64,000 nucleotides of DNA from positions 3,537-67,536 of the forward strand of contig DASPMO010000154.1 in the NCBI GenBank assembly GCA_035627015.1, given 5' to 3'. Position numbers and translations under genes: made by a program. Below are positions 41,723 to 51,214 of this stretch, piece by piece (the stretch's first letter is position 1; each line of letters starts with the position of its first letter). The notes beneath the pieces are model-generated. The model saw only the letters and a program-made list of their open reading frames with translations. It did not search any database and was not told the origin of the DNA. This DNA comes from Thermoanaerobaculia bacterium (GTDB lineage: Bacteria; Acidobacteriota; Thermoanaerobaculia; Gp7-AA8).

Positions 41723-42838
41723 TCACGCGGTCGTCTTCTTGAAGCGCATCACCGCCAGGGTGATGATCAGGAACGTATACGTCGCCAGGAGCGTGGCCGG
41801 GCGCCAGAGGTCCATCAGGCTCGAGCCGCGCAGGACGATGCCGCGGATGACGTCGATGAAGTACTTCGCCGGCACGAGCGCGGAGAGCCACTGGAAGATC
41901 TTCGGCATGCCCGCGATCGGGAAGACGAAGCCGCTGAGGAAGACGAACGGCAGCAGGAAGAACATCGACATCTGCGAGGCCTGCATCTGCGTCTGGGCCA
42001 CGGTGGAGATCAGCATCCCCAGGCCGAGCACCGCGGCCATGAAGAGAAAGCCGACCACGTAGAGCTCCAGCACCGAGCCCATGATCTCCACCTTGAACAG
42101 GAAGCGCATGAGCAGCACCGCCAGCGTGAACTGGAAGTAGCCGATGACGATGAAAGGCATGATCTTGCCGAGGATCAGCTCCGCGCGCGTGGCGGGCGTG
42201 ACCTGCAGCTGCTCGAGCGTGCCGCGCTCGCGCTCGCGCACGATGGCCGTGGCCGTGAACTGGATCAGCGTGAAGGTGAGGATGATGGCGATCAGCCCGG
42301 GGATGATGAAGCGCGACGTGCGCAGGTCGGGGTTGTACCAGGGGCGCACGCGCAGGTCGACGGGCATGGCCTTGTGCTTCCAGCCGCCGGCGCGCGCCAG
42401 CACCTCGATGGACATCTTCTGGGAGATGCCGCTCATGATGGACATGGCCTGCGACGAGGTCGTGCTGTCGGAGGCGTTGACGATCAGGAAGGCCTGCGCC
42501 GGTGCGTGGCGGTGGCGGTCCTTGCCGAAGTCGGCGTCGATGACCAGGCCGACCGCGGCCCGCGCGGAGTCGATCTCCGCCTGCATGGCCTTCATCGTGT
42601 CGACGTGCTTGACCACGTCGAAGTAGCCGGTGCCGGTCATCCTGGCCACGAGCTCGCGGCTCTCGAACGAGCGGCTCTCGTCCAGGACCACGGTCCGGAG
42701 GTGTTTCACGTCGTAGTTGATGGCGTAGCCGAAGATCAGGGTCTGCAGCAGCGGCACCATGACGATCATGCGCAGCGTCATCGTGTCGCGCTTCAATTGC
42801 AGGAATTCTTTCCAGGTCAAGGCGAGGAGGCGATTCAT
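41723..42838 (-). CDS. ABC-2 type transporter permease
   Basis: The 685-aa track ORF was split. ATG 42838 overlaps the ATPase stop (ATGA). MNRLLALTWKEFLQLKRDTMTLRMIVMVPLLQTLIFGYAI is a typical ABC-2 N-terminus. Six C-terminal TM helices are present. Confidence 0.85.
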   Translation of the reverse strand: MNRLLALTWKEFLQLKRDTMTLRMIVMVPLLQTLIFGYAINYDVKHLRTVVLDESRSFESRELVARMTGTGYFDVVKHVDTMKAMQAEIDSARAAVGLVIDADFGKDRHRHAPAQAFLIVNASDSTTSSQAMSIMSGISQKMSIEVLARAGGWKHKAMPVDLRVRPWYNPDLRTSRFIIPGLIAIILTFTLIQFTATAIVRERERGTLEQLQVTPATRAELILGKIMPFIVIGYFQFTLAVLLMRFLFKVEIMGSVLELYVVGFLFMAAVLGLGMLISTVAQTQMQASQMSMFFLLPFVFLSGFVFPIAGMPKIFQWLSALVPAKYFIDVIRGIVLRGSSLMDLWRPATLLATYTFLIITLAVMRFKKTTA

Positions 42839-43773
42839 ACGGTCACCACTTCCCTGCTGCGCACGCGCCTGCGCGCCAGCGATACGAACACGTCTTCGAG
42901 TGAAGGCTCGGCCGGTTCCGGCGAGCCGAACGCGGACAACAAACGATGCAGCTCCGACGGGCCGCCGTCCGCCGCGACGGTGCGGACCGTCAGTCCGAGG
43001 AGATACGCGTCTTCGATGGAGGGCTGTCCGGCGAACCGCGTCAGCAGCGCGAACGGGTCTCCTTCGGGCCGCACCTCCAGGATCCGTCCGGCCAGGTCGT
43101 GCTTCAGCTCGCGCGGCGAGCCGCTGGCGATCAGGACGCCGTCGAGGATGAAGGCCAGGGTGTCGCACTGCTCGGCCTCGTCCATGTAGTGCGTGGTGAC
43201 GAGCACGGTCATGCCGCGGTCGGCCGCCAGCTCGTAGATGAGGTCCCAGAACAGGCGCCGGCCGCGCGGGTCGACGCCGCCCGTCGGCTCGTCGAGGAAC
43301 AGCAGCTCCGGCTCGTGCAGCAGCGCCGCGGCCAGCGAGACGCGCTGCCGCAGTCCCGTCGACAGTCCCTCGGTGAGCTGATCCATGATGCCGGTGAAGC
43401 GCAGCCGCTCGGACAGCACGGCGATGCGCGCGCGCGTCTGCCCGGCGGTCAGGCCGTAGATGCGGCCGAAGAAGCGGAGGTTCTCCTCGACGGTCAGGTC
43501 GAGGTACAGCGAGAACTTCTGGCTCATGTAGCCGAGGCGCGACTTCCATTGCTCCGTGTCGCGGGCGACGTCGAGGCCGTCGAAGCCGGTGATGCTGCCC
43601 GACGTCGGCGCGAGTAGGCCGGCCAGCATGCGGATGGTGGTCGACTTGCCCGAGCCGTTCGGCCCGAGGAAGCCGAACACTTTGCCGCGCGGCACGTCGA
43701 ATGACACGTCGTTCGCGGCGGTGAACGTGCCGAAGCGGCGCGTGACGTTGCGGACCTGAATGAGCGTGCTCAT
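42835..43773 (-). CDS. ABC transporter ATP-binding protein
   Basis: Walker A: GFLGPNGSGKSTT. Signature: LSTGLRQR. Walker B: LLFLDEPTGGVD. Confidence 0.9.
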   Translation of the reverse strand: MSTLIQVRNVTRRFGTFTAANDVSFDVPRGKVFGFLGPNGSGKSTTIRMLAGLLAPTSGSITGFDGLDVARDTEQWKSRLGYMSQKFSLYLDLTVEENLRFFGRIYGLTAGQTRARIAVLSERLRFTGIMDQLTEGLSTGLRQRVSLAAALLHEPELLFLDEPTGGVDPRGRRLFWDLIYELAADRGMTVLVTTHYMDEAEQCDTLAFILDGVLIASGSPRELKHDLAGRILEVRPEGDPFALLTRFAGQPSIEDAYLLGLTVRTVAADGGPSELHRLLSAFGSPEPAEPSLEDVFVSLARRRVRSREVVTV

Positions 43774-44651
43774 GCCTCACCCGCCAGGACGAACACGTCC
43801 TCCAGACTGGGGCCGAGCGGCCGGACGTCGTCGGCCGGCACGAGCTCGCGCAGCCGCGCGCGCACGCGGGTCACCAGCTCCGCGCCGGTCCCTTTCGCGC
43901 CGCGGGCGTGCAGCACGGTGCCGAACAGCGACACGTCGTCGACCTCCGGCATCGAGGCCAGGAGCGTGCGCACGTCGAGACGCTGCGACGTGCGGATCTC
44001 GAGCAGCGGCCGGTCGTACGTGGCGAGGATCTCCGGACGCGTGCCGCTCTTGGAGACGCGCCCGCGGTCGAGGAAGGCGATGCGCGTGGCGTACTCCGCC
44101 TCGTCCATGTAGGGCGTGGAGACGATGATGGTCAGCCCGTCGTGATGCAGGCGGTTGAGGAGCATCCAGAACTCGCGCCGCGAGACCGGGTCGACGCCGG
44201 TGGTCGGCTCGTCGAGCAGCAGCACCGCGGGCTGGGTGAGCAGCGCCGCGACGAGCGCGAGCTTCTGCTTCATGCCGCCCGACAGCGCGCCGGCCAGGCG
44301 CGCACCGAAGCGGGCCATGCCGACGCGCTCGAGCATCTCCGACGCGCGCGCCTTCGCGACGTCGGTCGGGACGCCGTAGAGCTTCGCGCGCAGGCGCAGG
44401 TTCTCGTCGACGGAGAGGTCCTCGTACATGGCGAAGCGCTGCGGCACGAAGCCGAAGGTCGTGCCGCGCTCGACCTGCACGCTGCCCGCGGTGGGCGCGA
44501 GCACGCCGGCGACGATGCGGAAGAAGGTGGTCTTGCCCGCGCCGTCGGGGCCGATGAGGCCGAACAGCTCTCCGCGATCGACGTGCAGGTCGACGGCGTC
44601 GAGCGCGGTGGTGGCGCCGAACTTCCGGGTGAGCTGCGTCGCGGCGATCAC
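43770..44651 (-). CDS. ABC transporter ATP-binding protein
   Basis: GTG 44651 overlaps the HlyD stop (GTGA). Walker A: GLIGPDGAGKTTF. Signature: LSGGMKQK. Walker B: VLLLDEPTTGVD. Confidence 0.85.
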   Translation of the reverse strand: MIAATQLTRKFGATTALDAVDLHVDRGELFGLIGPDGAGKTTFFRIVAGVLAPTAGSVQVERGTTFGFVPQRFAMYEDLSVDENLRLRAKLYGVPTDVAKARASEMLERVGMARFGARLAGALSGGMKQKLALVAALLTQPAVLLLDEPTTGVDPVSRREFWMLLNRLHHDGLTIIVSTPYMDEAEYATRIAFLDRGRVSKSGTRPEILATYDRPLLEIRTSQRLDVRTLLASMPEVDDVSLFGTVLHARGAKGTGAELVTRVRARLRELVPADDVRPLGPSLEDVFVLAGEA

Positions 44652-45667
44652 GGCTTCACCTCGACTTCCGCCGGCTGCCCCGGCACGAGCGGCTCGCTCC
44701 AGCCGCGATCGAGATCGGCCTTGGCGGCGTACACGAGGTTCACGCGCTCGGCCCTGGTCTCGACGGCCTTGGGGGTGAACTCGGACTCGGGGGAGATCTC
44801 GGTGATGCGCGCGCCGAAGGTGCGGTCCGGGAAGGCATCGACTCTCACGCGCGCCGGCATGCCCATCTTCACTTTGCCGAGGCTGGCCTCGGGGATGAAG
44901 GTGCGGACGAACAGGCGGTCGGCGAAGGCCATGGTGACGCCGGCCTGTCCCGCGGCGAGGAGCTGTCCGGGCTCGGCCAGGCGGTGCACGATGATGCCGT
45001 CCGCGGGGGCGCGGATCTCTCCTTCGCGCGCCACGATGACGGACTGCTCGAGCATGGCCGCGGCGCGCTCGGCCTCGGCGCGCGCGGCCGCGGTCTGGTC
45101 GCGGCGGAAGCCGTCGCGTGCGAGCGCCAGGCGCTGCTCGCTGACCTTCAGCGCGGCCTGCGCGCGCTCGAGCTCCGCGTGCGCGCGGTCGGCGTCGCTC
45201 GCGGTGCCGACGCTCTCGTTGAAGAGCGCCGTCTGCCGCGCGTCCTCTTTCAAGGCCAGCGACACGGCGGCGCGGCGCTCGGCGACTTCGGCCAGCGCGG
45301 CGGAGATCTCGGGCCTGCGGTTGCCGGCCTCGAGGTCCTCGACGCGCGCCTCGGCGGAGCGGACGCCGGCCTGGTCGCGCCGCACGGCGATGGACGTCTC
45401 GCCGAGGTCGAGGCGGAGCAGGAGATCGCCGCGCTTGACGCGGTCGCCCGCACGGACGCGCACTTCCGCCACGCGGCCGGCCACTTTCGGTCCGAGGTCG
45501 ACCGTCACCGACTCGATGCGGCCGTTGAGTTGAATGACTTCCGGCTCCGGCTTGCCGTGACGGCACGCGGACATGACGACGAGGAGAATGGAAACCAGGG
45601 TTCGGGAACGTTGCACAGTGGGCCTCCTTACACCCGCAACGTAGGTGCGAGGCCGGCGTAGTGGCAT
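44648..45667 (-). CDS. HlyD-family membrane-fusion/periplasmic adaptor protein
   Basis: Lipoyl-like: GRVAEVRVRAGDRVKRGDLLLRLD. Coiled-coil hairpin region. Beta-barrel: IRAPADGIIVHRLAEPGQLL. N-terminal signal with LLVVMSAC. Confidence 0.85.
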   Translation of the reverse strand: MPLRRPRTYVAGVRRPTVQRSRTLVSILLVVMSACRHGKPEPEVIQLNGRIESVTVDLGPKVAGRVAEVRVRAGDRVKRGDLLLRLDLGETSIAVRRDQAGVRSAEARVEDLEAGNRRPEISAALAEVAERRAAVSLALKEDARQTALFNESVGTASDADRAHAELERAQAALKVSEQRLALARDGFRRDQTAAARAEAERAAAMLEQSVIVAREGEIRAPADGIIVHRLAEPGQLLAAGQAGVTMAFADRLFVRTFIPEASLGKVKMGMPARVRVDAFPDRTFGARITEISPESEFTPKAVETRAERVNLVYAAKADLDRGWSEPLVPGQPAEVEVKP

Positions 45668-45704
45668 GCGCCGAACGGCGTATTTCGAAGGATCCCCCCA
45701 CGGT

Positions 45705-45805
45705 CCCCTCTCCCCACCGCGGTGGGGAGAGGGTCAGGGTGAGGGGTTGTGGCGCTTGGGAAGCCCCTCACCCTGGCCCTCTCCCCACCGCGGTGGGGAG
45801 AGGGG
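45705..45805. repeat. composite palindromic REP-like element (two copies of CCCTCTCCCCACCGCGGTGGGGAGAGGG in an inverted arrangement)
   Basis: Hairpin 1 is at 45705-45733 and hairpin 2 at 45777-45805. The extended arms CCCTCTCCCCACCGCGGTGGGGAGAGGGTCAGGGTGAGGGG (45706-45746) and CCCCTCACCCTGGCCCTCTCCCCACCGCGGTGGGGAGAGGG (45764-45804) are reverse complements. The element is intergenic. Confidence 0.8.
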
Positions 45806-45820
45806 ACTGGGGCGGTCCGC

Positions 45821-47245
45821 TTAGCGGGCTTTCCCCACGAACTTCACCGCGATCCTGTTCTCCCCCACCTTCACGTTCACCTGGATCGGCGCCAGCAGGG
45901 CATCGGCCGAGGCGACGATCGACTCCGCCTCGTCCTCGGTACTGTAGGGCCAGAACTCGTAGCTGCCGCTGGGGATGTTGCGCAGGTGCGCCTCGCTCTC
46001 CGGCCCGGTCATGAGCTGCAGCCCCTGCACGTTCGCCAGCTCTTCCGCCACCTCGGGGGGCACGAGCTCGCCGTTGTAGCGCATGAGGAGCGAGAACGGC
46101 GGCATCGTCCCGCCGGTGGTCGTCTGCGCGCGGATCAGCAGCGAGGAGGTCGACCGCGGCAGGTAGAGCGGCAGGCGTCCCTTCGTCGTCTCGCGCGGCA
46201 CGCGGAGCATGCCGAACGGACCTTCCTCCGCCACGACGAACAGCGTCGCCGCGTCGTCGGCCGGCAGCGCCACCGAGGCGCGGCCATCCTCGTCCGTCGT
46301 CGTGCGCGAGCGCAGCTTCCCTTCCGAGACCGCGAACACCTGAGCCTTCGCCACCGGATCGTTCTCGCGGTCGATGACCGTGATGGCCACGGCACGTCCG
46401 GCGTCGAGACGGATGTCGAGCTCGCGCAGGCGCTGCGTGTCGTCGATCGTGAACGCGACCGGCTCCGGCTCGAGGTGCTGCGGCGGATAGATGCGCACGG
46501 TCTGCTTCCCGTACTTGGTTCCCGCGAAATCGAACTTTCCGTCCGGCCCGGTGGTGAGCGTCACGTGCTCCTCGCTGTCGGCGAGGGTGGTCTGCAGCGC
46601 GACGCGGACCTCGGCCACGGGATCGCCGCTCTTCGCGTCGCGCACGATGCCGGTGATGCGGCCGTCGGGAACATTGATGCTCAACGCCGCCACGGGTTTC
46701 CCTTCCTCGATCTCCACCGTGTCGCTGAACGATGTCGGCAGCGCGGGGCCGCGCACCTCGGCCGAGAAGCCGCCGCGCTGCCAGAAGGGAGCGCGGAACG
46801 TGCCCTGCTCATCGAGCCCGATGAGCACGCGCCAGCGCAGCTCGCGATGGCGCAACTGGACCCCGCCCTGGCCGAGGTGCGTGTCGCCGAAGGTGACCCT
46901 GCCCGTGAGCGTGAACGGTTGCACATCGATGGCGATGCGCCGCGTGTCGCTCGCGCCGACGACGACCTTCGTCCCCAGTTGCTCCGTGGCCACCGGGCCG
47001 CGCAGGTGGATCTGGTACACGCCGGCCGCCAGCCCCTCGAAGCGCACGGTGCGCGTCTCCGCCGGCAGGCTCCTGTGCTCGAGCTCCTCCCATTCCTCGG
47101 ACGGTGTGCGCAGCAGCAGCTCGACTTCGAGCGGCTGGCTCGTGCCGCGGATCGTGGCCTCGATCGCGGCGCGCGGCGCCACGGGAGCGGTGGCGGGGGC
47201 GGGGGCGGTGGCGGCGAGCAGGATCAGCATCGGCAGCAAAGGCAT
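45821..47245 (-). CDS. secreted protein with carboxypeptidase-regulatory-like (CarboxypepD_reg) beta-sandwich repeats
   Basis: Trimmed to ATG 47245 (aggagag SD). Signal peptide: MPLLPMLILLAATAPAPATA. Repeats are of the type ITGIVRDAKSGDPVAEVRVALQT...TTGPDGKFDFAG...GKQTVRIYPP. Confidence 0.65.
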   Translation of the reverse strand: MPLLPMLILLAATAPAPATAPVAPRAAIEATIRGTSQPLEVELLLRTPSEEWEELEHRSLPAETRTVRFEGLAAGVYQIHLRGPVATEQLGTKVVVGASDTRRIAIDVQPFTLTGRVTFGDTHLGQGGVQLRHRELRWRVLIGLDEQGTFRAPFWQRGGFSAEVRGPALPTSFSDTVEIEEGKPVAALSINVPDGRITGIVRDAKSGDPVAEVRVALQTTLADSEEHVTLTTGPDGKFDFAGTKYGKQTVRIYPPQHLEPEPVAFTIDDTQRLRELDIRLDAGRAVAITVIDRENDPVAKAQVFAVSEGKLRSRTTTDEDGRASVALPADDAATLFVVAEEGPFGMLRVPRETTKGRLPLYLPRSTSSLLIRAQTTTGGTMPPFSLLMRYNGELVPPEVAEELANVQGLQLMTGPESEAHLRNIPSGSYEFWPYSTEDEAESIVASADALLAPIQVNVKVGENRIAVKFVGKAR

Positions 47246-47291
47246 CGGTGGCTCTCCTATCGTTTCTTCGAGACGCGGGACCGGCGATCGA

Positions 47292-47627
47292 TCAGTGGTT
47301 GAGGGTGGGCGCCGTCTCCAGCGAGGCGACGCGGGTTTCAGTCGTGTTGACGCTCTGCGGCTCGTCGAGGCGCTCGACCGCGGCCACGGCGTATTGGGAG
47401 GCGAGCGGCGCGATCTGCGTCGCGGCGGCAACGTGGTTGCCGCAGTAGTTCGAGGTCACGCACTTTCCGGTGCTCTCGTCCCATGCGCAGTTGGCCCAGC
47501 CGTAGTTGAGGGAGGTCGAGCACGCCTCGTGGAGCGGCCGGCAGACCTTACAGTGATTGGCCAGCGCCACCGGCGCCGTGGCCAGGACGATGGCGAATAC
47601 CAGGAGCAGGGTTACGCGTGTTTTCAT
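47292..47627 (-). CDS. small secreted cysteine-rich protein
   Basis: Trimmed to ATG 47627 (aaaggagaa SD). Signal peptide: MKTRVTLLLVFAIVLATAPVALA. The mature N-terminus has 7 Cys in about 45 aa (NHCKVCRPLHEACSTSLNYGWANCAWDESTGKCVTSNYCGNH). Confidence 0.6.
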   Translation of the reverse strand: MKTRVTLLLVFAIVLATAPVALANHCKVCRPLHEACSTSLNYGWANCAWDESTGKCVTSNYCGNHVAAATQIAPLASQYAVAAVERLDEPQSVNTTETRVASLETAPTLNH

Positions 47628-47744
47628 CAGTTCTCCTTTGTGGTTTTGGACAGTCCCGCGTCTCACAGACAAGATGAGTCCGTTAATGCCGGAATGCCGG
47701 AAACGTTCAGGGAAGCCGATGCAAACGGATGTGAGAGATGTGAC

Positions 47745-47978
47745 GCGCGCCGTTACAGCAGCTTCAGCTCGGCCGCCGCGCGGGCGGTGCAGCTCCGCGA
47801 TCTCGGCCGCGCTGCACGCGCGCGCGAGCTGGTGCTGCAGCAGCGTGGCGAAGAGATGGTGATCCCGGTACCCGTAGCGCACGTCGTCGAGCGGGATGAG
47901 GAAGAGGTTGGCCGCGTCGAGCTGCTGCAGCATGCTCTCGCTGTCGGAGCGCTCCAGGACCGCGTCACACAGATTGGC
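47745..47978 (-). pseudogene. fragment of a MalT/LuxR-family (STAND) regulator
   Basis: LQQLDAANLFLIPLDDVRYGYRDHHLFATLLQHQL matches the MalT-family motif (..nlFl.pLD....WyRYHhLFa.fL). No N-terminal ATPase or C-terminal HTH is present, and there is no credible start. Confidence 0.4.
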
Positions 47979-48181
47979 GCGTCGCCGGAGGGTGGGGGCA
48001 TGGCACATTGTAGGCCTTGCCCACCTTGTGGACCGCCGGCGTCCTCGCCGGCTGTCTGTGCAGGCGTCTCGCCTGGACAGACGGTGGCGGCGGGACGCCG
48101 CCACAGACAGCCGGCGGGACGCCGGCGGTCCACTTTTCCAGCATCACGCCATCTCCGGCACCACCCCCGTCCCTTGCCACT

Positions 48182-48680
48182 TCACGCCGCGATTCCGTAC
48201 GGCATCACGACGACGGGAATGAGGCTGTCGCCGTCGCGGAGCTGCGTGACCGCGCGACCGTTGATCGCCGAGGAGGAGGAGCTGGCGACGTCGTAGTTGG
48301 TGATGCCGGCGAAGTTGGCGCGGTCGGCGTCGATGCCGAGGCGCAGCACCACACTCTCGTCGCCCCAGTCGTCGCGCACGCGCGCGGCGGTGGGAATCGA
48401 GCGGAAGATCGCCTTCAGCTTCTCCGCCTCGCGCCGCAGCGTGGGGATGTCGCTCCCGCTGATGCGCACCGAGACGGACATGCCCACCGCGGCCATCTCC
48501 AGCTGGCGTGCATCGATGCGCGCTCCCGGCACCTCCGCCGACAGCGCCTTCCGGAGCGGGGCACGAGCTCGCCGGTGTCGTGCTTGTCCCGCACCTGCAC
48601 GATGAGCTGCGCGTAATTGAGCTGCTGCAGCTCCGGGCCGACGCTGACCAGAAGCGCGGGCCGCCGCGGCCGCGATGAGC
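48182..48680 (-). pseudogene. frameshifted internal fragment of an RND (AcrB/CzcA-type) efflux pump gene
   Basis: The frame of 48182..48775 gives VSVRISGSDIPTLRREAEKLKAIFRSIPTAARVRDDWGDESVVLRLGIDADRANFAGITNYDVASS...AVTQLRDGDSLIPVVV, an RND porter-subdomain pattern. A different frame (48415..48828) carries the upstream continuation VSVGPELQQLNYAQLIVQVRDK. The fragment covers only about 170 aa of a protein that is normally about 1000 aa. Confidence 0.5.
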
Positions 48681-49001
48681 GTGACCCGCCCGCCGCGCAT
48701 CGCGTCCAGCCGTCGCGCAACCGCGCCCGCGTGACGGTTGGGGCTGGTCCATACGATGACTCCGGTGCGCGCCATCTTACGCCGGCGAGCGCGACACCCA
48801 TGCGAGTCATGTCACTTCGGCTGCGCACGTCTTTGCATCAAACGCAAGAGGTAGGCAAGAATATTGCTTCCTGTGAAAGCGTGCAGGGTGGCTGAGGAAA
48901 CAGCGCGCGCGCGTTCGTCCGGACGGTTTCTCTTCATGCAGTTGGCTTCGCAAAATTCGTGGCGGCGGATGCTTTGCCTCCGAGGTCCGGAAAGAGGAGA
49001 C

Positions 49002-50117
49002 ATGAAGAAGAAAGTGCTGATCACCGGAGGAGCGGGGTTCGTCGGCTCGCACCTCGCCGACGAGCTTCTCCGGTGCGGTCATGAAGTACGGGCGCTCGAC
49101 AATCTCGCGCCCCAGGTCCATGGAGAACAGAAACGCCCCGAATATCTCGATGACGAAGTGGAGCTGATCGTCGGCGACGTCCGCGATCCCGGCGCCGTCC
49201 GCAAGGCACTGGACGGAGTCGACGCCGTCTTTCATCTCGCCGCGCTCGTCGGCGTCGGCCAGAGCATGTACGAGGTGCTGCGCTACACCGACGTGAACAA
49301 CGTCGGGACCGCGGTGCTCCTCGAGGCGCTGATCGAGAAGCCGGTGGAGCGGCTGGTGGTCGCCTCGAGCATGAGTCTCTACGGCGAGGGGCTCTACCGG
49401 ACGCCCGACGGCCGCCTCGTCTCCGACGCCTGCCGCACGCTCGAGCAGTTGCGCGCGCACGAGTGGGAGCCGCTGAGCGATCGCGGCGAGCCGCTGACGC
49501 CGGTGGCCACGCCGGAGACGAAGGCCCCTTCCCTCGCCTCGGTCTACGCGCTCTCGAAATTCGACCAGGAGCGGATGTCGCTGATGATCGGGAAGAGCTA
49601 CAACATCCCGACCGTGGCCCTGCGATTCTTCAACATCTACGGGCCGCGCCAGGCGCTGTCGAATCCGTACACGGGGGTGCTGGCCATCTTCGCGGCGCGG
49701 CTCCTCAACGACCATCCGCCGCTGATCAACGAGGACGGCCACCAGCGCCGCGACTTCGTGCACGTCCACGACGTGGCGCGCGCCTGCCGTCTGGCGCTCG
49801 ACGTGCCGGCCGCGGCGGGGCAGGTCTTCAACATCGGCAGCGGCCGCAATTACAGCGTCCGGGAGATCGCCGAGCGCGTCGCCGACGCACTGGGCAAACA
49901 GCACATCGTCCCCGAGGTCACGAACAAATACCGGATGGGCGACATCCGCCACTGCTTCGCCGACATCACCCTGGCCCGCGAGCTCCTCGGTTACAGGCCG
50001 GAAGTCGCGCTCGAAGAGGGACTGGGCTCGCTGGCGAGCTGGCTGGAGGGACAGGTAGCCATCGATCGCGTGGCCGAGGCGAGCGCGGAGCTCGCGGCGC
50101 GGGGGCTGACGGTATGA
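49002..50117 (+). CDS. NAD-dependent epimerase/dehydratase (extended SDR)
   Basis: Trimmed to ATG 49002 (aagaggaga SD). Rossmann motif: KVLITGGAGFVGSHL. Catalytic YALSK (YxxxK). Confidence 0.85.
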   Translation: MKKKVLITGGAGFVGSHLADELLRCGHEVRALDNLAPQVHGEQKRPEYLDDEVELIVGDVRDPGAVRKALDGVDAVFHLAALVGVGQSMYEVLRYTDVNNVGTAVLLEALIEKPVERLVVASSMSLYGEGLYRTPDGRLVSDACRTLEQLRAHEWEPLSDRGEPLTPVATPETKAPSLASVYALSKFDQERMSLMIGKSYNIPTVALRFFNIYGPRQALSNPYTGVLAIFAARLLNDHPPLINEDGHQRRDFVHVHDVARACRLALDVPAAAGQVFNIGSGRNYSVREIAERVADALGKQHIVPEVTNKYRMGDIRHCFADITLARELLGYRPEVALEEGLGSLASWLEGQVAIDRVAEASAELAARGLTV

Positions 50118-51214
50118 GGCAACCGTACGTGCTCATCACCGGAGGCTGCGGCTTCATCGGGACGAACCTCGCCGATCGCCTGCTGTCGAGCGGCCGGCGG
50201 GTGCTGCTGTACGACAACCTCTCGCGCGGCGGCGTGGAGCAGAACCTGGAGTACCTGCGCGCCACGCACGGGAACCTGGTCGACGCCGAGATCGCCGACA
50301 TCCGCAACTCGCGCTCGATCGCGCGCGCCGTGCGGAACGCGTCCGAGGTCTTTCACTTCGCGGCGCAGGTGGCGGTGACGACGAGCCTCGACGATCCGCG
50401 CAAGGATTTCGAGGTCAACGCGCGCGGCACGCTCAACGTACTGGAGGCCATCCGCCGCCGGCAGACGCCGCCGCCGCTCGTGTTCACCTCGACGAACAAG
50501 GTGTACGGCGCGCTCGACGACATGCGCCTGGACGATTCCGGCGGGCGGTACAAGCCCGCGGACGTGCGCGGCCCGAGCCATGGCGTGGCCGAGGATCGCG
50601 CGCTCGATTTTCACAGCCCGTATGGCTGCTCGAAAGGGGCGGCCGACCAGTACGTGCTCGACTACTCCCGCTCGTACGGCATCCCCGCGGTCGTGTTCCG
50701 CATGAGCTGCATCTACGGCCCGCACCAGTTCGGGACCGAGGATCAGGGGTGGGTCGCGCACTTTCTCATTCGCGCCATCGAGGGGCGTCCGATCACCGTG
50801 TACGGCGACGGCAAGCAGGTGCGCGACATCCTCTTCGTGGAGGACCTGGTCGACGCGTTTCTCGCCGCGCAGGAGCAGATGGCCGCGATCTCCGGCCGCG
50901 CGTTCAACATCGGCGGCGGGGCGGCGAACGCGATCAGCCTCCTCGACCTGCTGGAGATGATCGAGGACCTCGAGCGGCAGCGTCCCGCCATCACCCTCGG
51001 CGAGTGGCGGCGCGGCGATCAGCGCTACTACGTGTCGGACACGCGCGCGTTCTGCGAGGCCACGGGGTGGTCGCCGAAGACGGGCGCGCGGCAGGGAGTG
51101 CGGCTGCTGCACGAGTGGCTGCTCGAATCGCGTCGCGGTCGCGGCAGGCGCCGCGCGGTGCGGCCGTTCCGCGCGCCGGAGGTCGTGCGACCGCAGACGG
51201 TGGCCGCGCAATGA
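50114..51214 (+). CDS. NAD-dependent epimerase/dehydratase (extended SDR)
   Basis: ATG 50114 overlaps the upstream stop (ATGA). YVLITGGCGFIGTNL. YGCSKGAADQY (YxxxK). Confidence 0.85.
   Translation: MRQPYVLITGGCGFIGTNLADRLLSSGRRVLLYDNLSRGGVEQNLEYLRATHGNLVDAEIADIRNSRSIARAVRNASEVFHFAAQVAVTTSLDDPRKDFEVNARGTLNVLEAIRRRQTPPPLVFTSTNKVYGALDDMRLDDSGGRYKPADVRGPSHGVAEDRALDFHSPYGCSKGAADQYVLDYSRSYGIPAVVFRMSCIYGPHQFGTEDQGWVAHFLIRAIEGRPITVYGDGKQVRDILFVEDLVDAFLAAQEQMAAISGRAFNIGGGAANAISLLDLLEMIEDLERQRPAITLGEWRRGDQRYYVSDTRAFCEATGWSPKTGARQGVRLLHEWLLESRRGRGRRRAVRPFRAPEVVRPQTVAAQ

Noticed and set aside
41723-45701. The 685-aa and 643-aa track ORFs as single giant transporter proteins.
   Set aside because: Each is a read-through of the true gene plus out-of-frame overlap with its upstream neighbour. 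The internal starts at 42838 and 44651, which have 4-nt overlaps and canonical ABC-2 or ABC N-termini, give standard-size proteins.
45749-47302. 517-aa plus-strand ORF containing a poly-Gly run (GGGGGGGGGE).
   Set aside because: It is antisense to the secreted CarboxypepD_reg-like gene and starts inside the REP element. Its composition is shadow-ORF-like.
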